From contig CAZIOU010000002.1 in assembly GCA_964540995.1 (NCBI GenBank), forward strand, positions 43,750 through 107,749: a stretch of DNA of 64,000 nucleotides, written 5' to 3'. Within the stretch, counting starts at the first letter, position 1, and every line of letters starts with the position of its first letter. Positions 58,376 through 64,000 of the stretch are shown here, in pieces. Source of the stretch: an uncultured Gammaproteobacteria bacterium (GTDB lineage: Bacteria > Patescibacteriota > Patescibacteriia > UBA1558 > 2-01-FULL-52-15). The position numbers were made by a program, and so were the translations under genes. The notes under the pieces are model-generated. The model saw only the letters and a list, made by a program, of their open reading frames with translations, did no database searches and was not told the DNA's origin.

Positions 58376-58779
58376 ATTCTTATGAAAACCCCTAGTCCTA
58401 AGGCTAGGGGTTTCGTATTGCTGGCTATGGCAACCTCTTACGATAGAACGACATAATTGAAAAAATCACTCTCTGGGGTTTGGGGTCACATACTTGTTTG
58501 AGCCCAAGAATAGAAGGGTAATCAAGAATAGACCGAAGCGAGTCTATGTGACCCCAAGACTTTTGATTACTTTTGGTCACAAAAGTAATGCCTGAGCGGC
58601 GAGCGATAATACCAAAATACTATCGATACTACCCAAGAATAGAGGTGGGATTATCTAAGATGAGAGGAGAAAGATTATATATCTTCTTTAATCTTTCGGA
58701 TGTTCAGAATAAAAAACAACCATGCCAGCTAATGCGGGATTTGGCCGGTTAATAAACTCTCATCGCTGATGAGAGTTTA

Positions 58780-59352
58780 TTATATTGCTCGAGCAATCAA
58801 ACCAATTGCCATGATTCCCAAGAAGCTGAAGACAAAAGATATTAGAGCAAATAATTTCTTATTAACCTTAGCTAGTCCCAGTACCGCCATAGCCAATTCG
58901 TCCGGTAGAGGCGAAGCGATAATCAGCCCAGCAAATAGCGGTGGCAACCAATGAAATATCTTGGTCTTAAAAATATGCCGCAACCTGCGGTGTGGGGCTA
59001 AATTGAAAATATAAAGAATATCCTGATCAAGGTCATCGCGGACGAAACGATAAATAACCGAATCAGCGATCACCGAACCAAGCGCTCCAACCAAGGCTAC
59101 GATCCATATTGGATAGGTTCGAGAAAGGTCACCTAATATGGCAATAGCCGGAGCCGTAGTAAACATCGAGCTGAAGAAAAATCCGGCCAAGAAGCTACTC
59201 ACCAGCTGCCAGCCATCGAATGCCTTTACTAGTTGATGTATCGCGCCCGTCTCAACCAGTAATACTGCCGTCAGGATACTCAACAAAATTGTGCCGATGT
59301 CACGACGGAAATTGGCTGCGTGCTGGGAATCAATTTTCTGAAACCATCTCAT
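58780..59352 (-). CDS. DedA/VTT-like membrane protein
   Basis: GALGSVIADSVIYRF, IIASPLPDE. Confidence 0.7.
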   Translation of the reverse strand: MRWFQKIDSQHAANFRRDIGTILLSILTAVLLVETGAIHQLVKAFDGWQLVSSFLAGFFFSSMFTTAPAIAILGDLSRTYPIWIVALVGALGSVIADSVIYRFVRDDLDQDILYIFNLAPHRRLRHIFKTKIFHWLPPLFAGLIIASPLPDELAMAVLGLAKVNKKLFALISFVFSFLGIMAIGLIARAI

Positions 59353-59419
59353 GCAGACATTGTAACATATTTACGTAAGAGAAAACCGTTCATACTGGAT
59401 GAACGGTCTCATGATCTGA

Positions 59420-59593
59420 TCAAAAAGAAGTCGTTGTGACTGATGAATTCCCGAGAGAATCCAGTTGGTGACTAACGAGTGTTAGTACCTGTGTCATGAC
59501 TTGAATGGTCAGATCAAATAGTTGTGGAGCAAACATACGTAAGACCACTAATAGCAGAAAGAACGATAAGGCTGATGAGATAGCTCGAAACAT
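59420..59593 (-). CDS. 57-aa membrane peptide
   Basis: Not in ORF track: MFRAISSALSFFLLLVVLRMFAPQLFDLTIQVMTQVLTLVSHQLDSLGNSSVTTTSF; AGGA SD; hairpin downstream at about 59385-59407. Confidence 0.6.
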   Translation of the reverse strand: MFRAISSALSFFLLLVVLRMFAPQLFDLTIQVMTQVLTLVSHQLDSLGNSSVTTTSF

Positions 59594-59599
59594 AAATGT

Positions 59600-59825
59600 T
59601 TCCTATAAGCGTCAAAGCCTTGGAGAATATTGGTAGTTCGACGGCTACCAAGACCTTGTGAGCTTAAGAACGTGTAACGTTCCGAGTCTCAATGTTATTA
59701 GATGGTCTAGATTATTCTCTTCAGGTAAGAGGACGCTAATCAGAACGCCCTAATAACAAATAACGAATGCCTAATTACCAGCTTCCTGCCTAAAGAGAAT
59801 AGCTCCAGTGATGTAAAGAACTTCT
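59600..59825 (-). ncRNA. Candidate multi-stem structured leader RNA
   Basis: Several complementary stems on the minus strand downstream of a TTGACA box at 59857-59862. Confidence 0.4.
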
Positions 59826-59858
59826 CTACTTTTGGCTTACCAGAGGCTATAAATAATG

Positions 59859-61391
59859 TCAAGACTCTTTCTGCTGGCGGCGATATTGCAGTGCTTCCAA
59901 TACATGCTCGGTAGCGACCGCTTCCTGACCTGCCAGATCAGCGATAGTACGAGCTACTTTGATCACTTTATGGATTGAACGTGAAGATAATTGCAGTGAA
60001 TTGCTAGCCTGCGCGATGATTGAACGGCTCCGAACATCAAGAGGACAGTGGCGCTCTAACTGTCTACTCGAAATATCGGCATTGACATTGAATGGTTGGC
60101 CTTTATAACGAAGCGTTTGAATCGTTCGGGCCTGACTCACACGATCTTTGACTACTTCAGATGATTCACTGACCCGTCGAGAATCAAGTAATTGTTCACT
60201 CGGCACCGGCGCTATATCGAGATAGAGATCGATACGATCGAGAAGTGGTCCTGACACGCGGCGTTGGTATTGTGACACCTGTGATGGGCGACAAATACAG
60301 TCTCGCACTTGGCTGCCGTAGTAACCACAAGTGCAAGGATTGGCTGCTGCCACCAACATGAAGCCAGCCGGGAAACTAACAGCACTATGGGCTCGTGCAA
60401 TGTGCACTGACTTTTCTTCTAAAGGTTGTCGCAGGGCATCAAGTACTTGTCGCGGAAATTCTGGCAACTCGTCTAAGAACAAAACTCCTCGATGCGCCAA
60501 AGTAATCTCGCCTGGTTTGGGCCACGACCCTCCACCGACCAGCGATACTTGTGATGACGAATGATGTGGCGAACGAAATGGCCGCTGACGCATCAGAGGT
60601 TGGTCACTGGGTAATAAACCAGCGTAACTATAGATACGACTAACTTCCATCGCTTCATCCAATCCCATATCAGGCATGATGGACAACAAACTCTTGGCCA
60701 AGAGTGTCTTGCCTGCTCCAGGGCTACCGGAGAAAAAAACATTATGTCCGCCAGCAGCGGCAATTTCTAATAGTCGCTTGGCTTGATCTTGTCCTCGTAT
60801 GTCATCGAAGCTTACTGGTGCGACTGCAACCGTAGCACTGACTGAAGGTGAAATAGGTGGCGTTACAATTATTTCTTTGCCATTAAGATGCCGTGCTAGC
60901 TGCCGCAAGGTGCGCACAGGAATAATTTCAATATCTGGTACCAGCTGTGCCTCGGCCAGATTGCTCAAAGGCACATAGACACGCTTACAACCCAAACGCT
61001 GAATATTCCACACCATGTTTAGCACGCCTTTGACGGGACGCACTTCACCAGTCAGCGACAACTCTCCGAGATACACTGCCTGTAGATCAGCTTGGCCTAA
61101 CGTGACCAGATCCTTATGTAGCAGCACACTGATAGCGATCGGTAAATCAAACCAAGAACCTTCTTTGCGAATATCAGCCGGAGCTAGATTGGTCACCACC
61201 TTGCTGCGTGGGAATCGTAAGCCACTCGCATCACAAGCTGACCTGACACGCTCTCGAGCCTCCTGCACCATAGTATCGGCCAGCCCCACCATGATAAATT
61301 TGGCGGTAGGTGACGGCATAATATCAGCCTCCACCTCTACTAAGTAGCAATCCAAACCTATCGTTCCAACAGTTAAAATTTTACCCAACAT
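59859..61391 (-). CDS. comM: ComM/YifB Mg-chelatase-like AAA+ ATPase
   Basis: NLAPADIRKEG..FDLPIA, GSPGAGKT, RPFRSPHHS, LAHRGVLFLDE, SGPLLDRID. Confidence 0.95.
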   Translation of the reverse strand: MLGKILTVGTIGLDCYLVEVEADIMPSPTAKFIMVGLADTMVQEARERVRSACDASGLRFPRSKVVTNLAPADIRKEGSWFDLPIAISVLLHKDLVTLGQADLQAVYLGELSLTGEVRPVKGVLNMVWNIQRLGCKRVYVPLSNLAEAQLVPDIEIIPVRTLRQLARHLNGKEIIVTPPISPSVSATVAVAPVSFDDIRGQDQAKRLLEIAAAGGHNVFFSGSPGAGKTLLAKSLLSIMPDMGLDEAMEVSRIYSYAGLLPSDQPLMRQRPFRSPHHSSSQVSLVGGGSWPKPGEITLAHRGVLFLDELPEFPRQVLDALRQPLEEKSVHIARAHSAVSFPAGFMLVAAANPCTCGYYGSQVRDCICRPSQVSQYQRRVSGPLLDRIDLYLDIAPVPSEQLLDSRRVSESSEVVKDRVSQARTIQTLRYKGQPFNVNADISSRQLERHCPLDVRSRSIIAQASNSLQLSSRSIHKVIKVARTIADLAGQEAVATEHVLEALQYRRQQKES

Positions 61392-61638
61392 AAAAATCCC
61401 GCTTCCACGAGACTCCCTGTTAGATCTCTTAATGCTTAATCGGGGCTAACCCCGTTAGAGTTTTAAATCTCTAATGAGGCTAATTTTAGCCTAAATAGTA
61501 AAAAATGCAAGTAAATAGAATGGCTTATATTAGCCAATAGAGCTTATATTAGCCTAATCTGATATTGACAAAATACTAATAAAATTGTAAGATAATATAT
61601 TAATCGTACGTCACATATCACACACAGAGGAGCCGTAG

Positions 61639-61938
61639 ATGATCCATCTGCTAGCCGGTTCAGAGTCTGTAGTGCTAAGCACACAGCAGGCTCAGTTACT
61701 GACACTGGAGAGGGATAAGAGAATCCTCCAGTGTGCCACCCCGAACTGCTCACAGCGAGAGATTCCGAGTCAAATGTTTGGCTTGTCTGAGCCGCCAATT
61801 GGCACGAATCATCGGATTCACGTTATCTGCGCCCAACATTATACGGTGGCGCAAATCGTGAAGGACATTCCCAAAGAGCACCTGGCACCTCTACTGGATG
61901 CTATCAGCGCTGCACTGCGTGCCGAACGTGCCGGTTAA
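61639..61938 (+). CDS. Orphan hypothetical protein with CxxxxC...HxxC motif
   Basis: Promoter TTGACA-17-TAAGAT, SD GAGGAG, terminator at about 61946-61985. Confidence 0.6.
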   Translation: MIHLLAGSESVVLSTQQAQLLTLERDKRILQCATPNCSQREIPSQMFGLSEPPIGTNHRIHVICAQHYTVAQIVKDIPKEHLAPLLDAISAALRAERAG

Positions 61939-62039
61939 CGCTCCACCCCGCTCATTACGCCATAACGGCTGTAGATGAGCGGGTTCACCTCAAGTTCATT
62001 TATACTAAGTGAATTTAAGGTGAACTAATCTAATTACCC

Positions 62040-64000
62040 ATGAATACATTGATGTCCAAAATTATTACTTTCATCATAGTGCTGACTATTGCTGTCGGTA
62101 ATTTTGGTTTTGCTGCTGTCACTCAAGCTGATAGTACATTGACCATCGATCGTATCACCATCAATACTGATTTCCCAGGTGCCAACGGTTCTGCTAAAGC
62201 TGATATTACGTGGCATACCAATAAGCCGGCCTACGGACAACTTCGTTATGGAGTAAAATCTGATCAACTTGATTTCGTTGCTAATACTTCTGGTAAGCCG
62301 TTATCGGAATATACGATGTCATTGTCGGGATTGAAGAGTGAAACAACTTACTACTTCACGATTCAAGCCAACATCAATACTGAAGCGACTACTTCGTTTG
62401 TCCGCAGTTTTAAAACTGTCAAAGTGGGTGATAGCATCGCTCCGACATTTGAAACTAATATTTCTCGAATCGACACAACGGCTCATACTGTAACATTTCA
62501 ATGGACTACCGACGAGGAAACTTCTGGTACTGTTTATTTCGGTACCAACAAAGATAAACTATCTTCTTCTGCCAGCCACAGTGGCCGCAGCAAAAAGCAT
62601 GAAGTAGTGATCAAAAATTTGAAACCTTCTACCACCTATTGGTATCGCGGTCAGATCAAAGATAAGGATAACGTCATTAGTAATTATTTTGTCGATAGTT
62701 TCCGTACTCTGGATAGTAATGCCAATGAGAAAGAACCTCTGATAATTTCCAGCCTTGGCCCTAATTCTACCAACGATAGTCGCGTACACGAGACGAGCTT
62801 AACAATTTCTTTCACGACCAATCGTCCGACCAAAGCAACTATTACGTTGAAAAGCAAAGCTGTCAGCAAGACGATCAAAACCGATACTTTCTCTACTACG
62901 CTTCATTCTTACACTATCGACGGCTTAGCTCCCAATACTACGTATGATTCAACTGTCAGTGTTTCTGACAATCTTGGTCATACTACCAAATTGGACAAGC
63001 TGACCTTTGCCACCCGCAATTATACTAAGACTCAAGATCAAGTCATCACTACCAGCGCCAACCAAAGCTACATCACCCCTGCAGTCCGTCTGGTCAAATC
63101 TAACTCCAGTGACACCGTCTATGCGGTGGTAACTCCTTTGACTGCTGGTGCTGTCTGTAGCGCAGCTGTCACCAAAGTTACCAGCCAAGCTGGTTGGAAT
63201 GCTGAATACTATGATTGGAACGAGACTTCACCTAACATGGCCAAGGATGACAAGGCAGTATTTAATTCGCCTTTGGAAACCAGTTGGTACAACCCTCAAT
63301 ATTTGGTCAAAACCAAGCTCGATACCAACCTCAAGTTTGGTCCTCGCTTCTATCCCGTTGATGAATTCAAAACGGATAATCAAGCGCACAACTACTATTT
63401 CGGCGCACATTGGAGCGGCAATCTCAATGTGCCTGCGACTGGTAACTATGCTTACGTCTTAGCTTCAGATGATGACAGCTGGGTATTGATCGATGGACAA
63501 GTGGTAATCAATAACGGTGGTCGTCACCGTCCTACCGAGATCAAGAAGACACTCAATCTCACTGCTGGTAGCCATCGTATTGATGTCTATTATGCGGAAC
63601 GATATCCTGTCGGTACTGCCATGACCTTCTATTTCTCTGATCCCAAATTGGTGGTTACCACCGGACAAAATCTGCTTAGCTGTCCCGCTGGTCAGATCAA
63701 AACCGCCAGCGTGAAGCTACACGCCATCATGAATTCGACTGCCTTCCAACGCTATGGCTATCAGTGGAATAAAATTGAGATCGTCAGCGATCAAGAATTG
63801 CAACGTTTCGCTCCTGCTAAGCTCATCCGTACTGCCAACGATCCAACTGTCTACTATGTTGATACTGCCCGACGCTTGAAGATCGCCATTCCCAACGAAG
63901 CCGTGTTCAATTCCTATGGCAATCAATGGAATGATGTTGTCTACGTCGTACCAGAAGACTTGAAAGCCTACTACAACGTAGAACTAATCAAAGAAGCTGG
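62040..64000 (+). CDS. Secreted surface protein: three FN3-like domains, PA14 domain, C-terminal repeats (partial, runs off right edge)
   Basis: Not in ORF track. Manual translation from ATG 62040: signal peptide; LSGLKSETTYYF, IKNLKPSTTYWY, IDGLAPNTTY; PA14 SDDDSWVLIDGQVVINNGGRH; repeat LIRTANDPTVYYV...IPNEAVFNSYGNQWNDV. Confidence 0.88.
   Translation, partial: MNTLMSKIITFIIVLTIAVGNFGFAAVTQADSTLTIDRITINTDFPGANGSAKADITWHTNKPAYGQLRYGVKSDQLDFVANTSGKPLSEYTMSLSGLKSETTYYFTIQANINTEATTSFVRSFKTVKVGDSIAPTFETNISRIDTTAHTVTFQWTTDEETSGTVYFGTNKDKLSSSASHSGRSKKHEVVIKNLKPSTTYWYRGQIKDKDNVISNYFVDSFRTLDSNANEKEPLIISSLGPNSTNDSRVHETSLTISFTTNRPTKATITLKSKAVSKTIKTDTFSTTLHSYTIDGLAPNTTYDSTVSVSDNLGHTTKLDKLTFATRNYTKTQDQVITTSANQSYITPAVRLVKSNSSDTVYAVVTPLTAGAVCSAAVTKVTSQAGWNAEYYDWNETSPNMAKDDKAVFNSPLETSWYNPQYLVKTKLDTNLKFGPRFYPVDEFKTDNQAHNYYFGAHWSGNLNVPATGNYAYVLASDDDSWVLIDGQVVINNGGRHRPTEIKKTLNLTAGSHRIDVYYAERYPVGTAMTFYFSDPKLVVTTGQNLLSCPAGQIKTASVKLHAIMNSTAFQRYGYQWNKIEIVSDQELQRFAPAKLIRTANDPTVYYVDTARRLKIAIPNEAVFNSYGNQWNDVVYVVPEDLKAYYNVELIKEA

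Noticed and set aside
1-64000. CRISPR array or cas genes
   Set aside because: No regularly spaced direct repeats with unique spacers and no Cas motifs seen
1-64000. Alternative genetic code (TGA read-through as in Gracilibacteria/SR1)
   Set aside because: Core genes are full length under code 11 and TGA ends genes at the expected place (e.g. infB, comM)

Overview
Chromosomal window from a Patescibacteria/CPR-like bacterium (inferred from gene content: rpsF-ssb-rpsR with no rplI, a CPR-type VirB4/PrgI/VirB6 locus with a giant Cys-rich surface protein, a degenerate DHH paralog beside infB-rbfA, comM). Genetic code 11 fits. Bases 1-23.2k hold a minus-strand type IV secretion-like locus, split by a methyltransferase and rpsF-ssb-rpsR-efp. 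The rest is housekeeping (rsmA, tsaC, leuS with a Nudix insertion, tag, DEAD-box helicase, infB, rbfA, nrnA, clpP, rny, ymdB, HU, comM) mixed with orphan genes. Main observations: (1) an integrase-less array of integron-like cassettes (RecD-like helicase, wHTH protein, HEPN-like protein, DUF2164) with an atypical attC-like site, lying between rbfA and nrnA and flanked by orphan STAS genes; (2) a family of exactly 30-nt palindromic elements, three of them nested inside one another with no target-site duplication; (3) a tRNA-Ile with a UAU anticodon; (4) several unannotated structured RNA candidates; (5) a split between leaderless or SD-less core genes and orphan genes that carry a consensus promoter, a strong SD and a terminator. 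All calls come from reading the sequence by eye; no searches were run.
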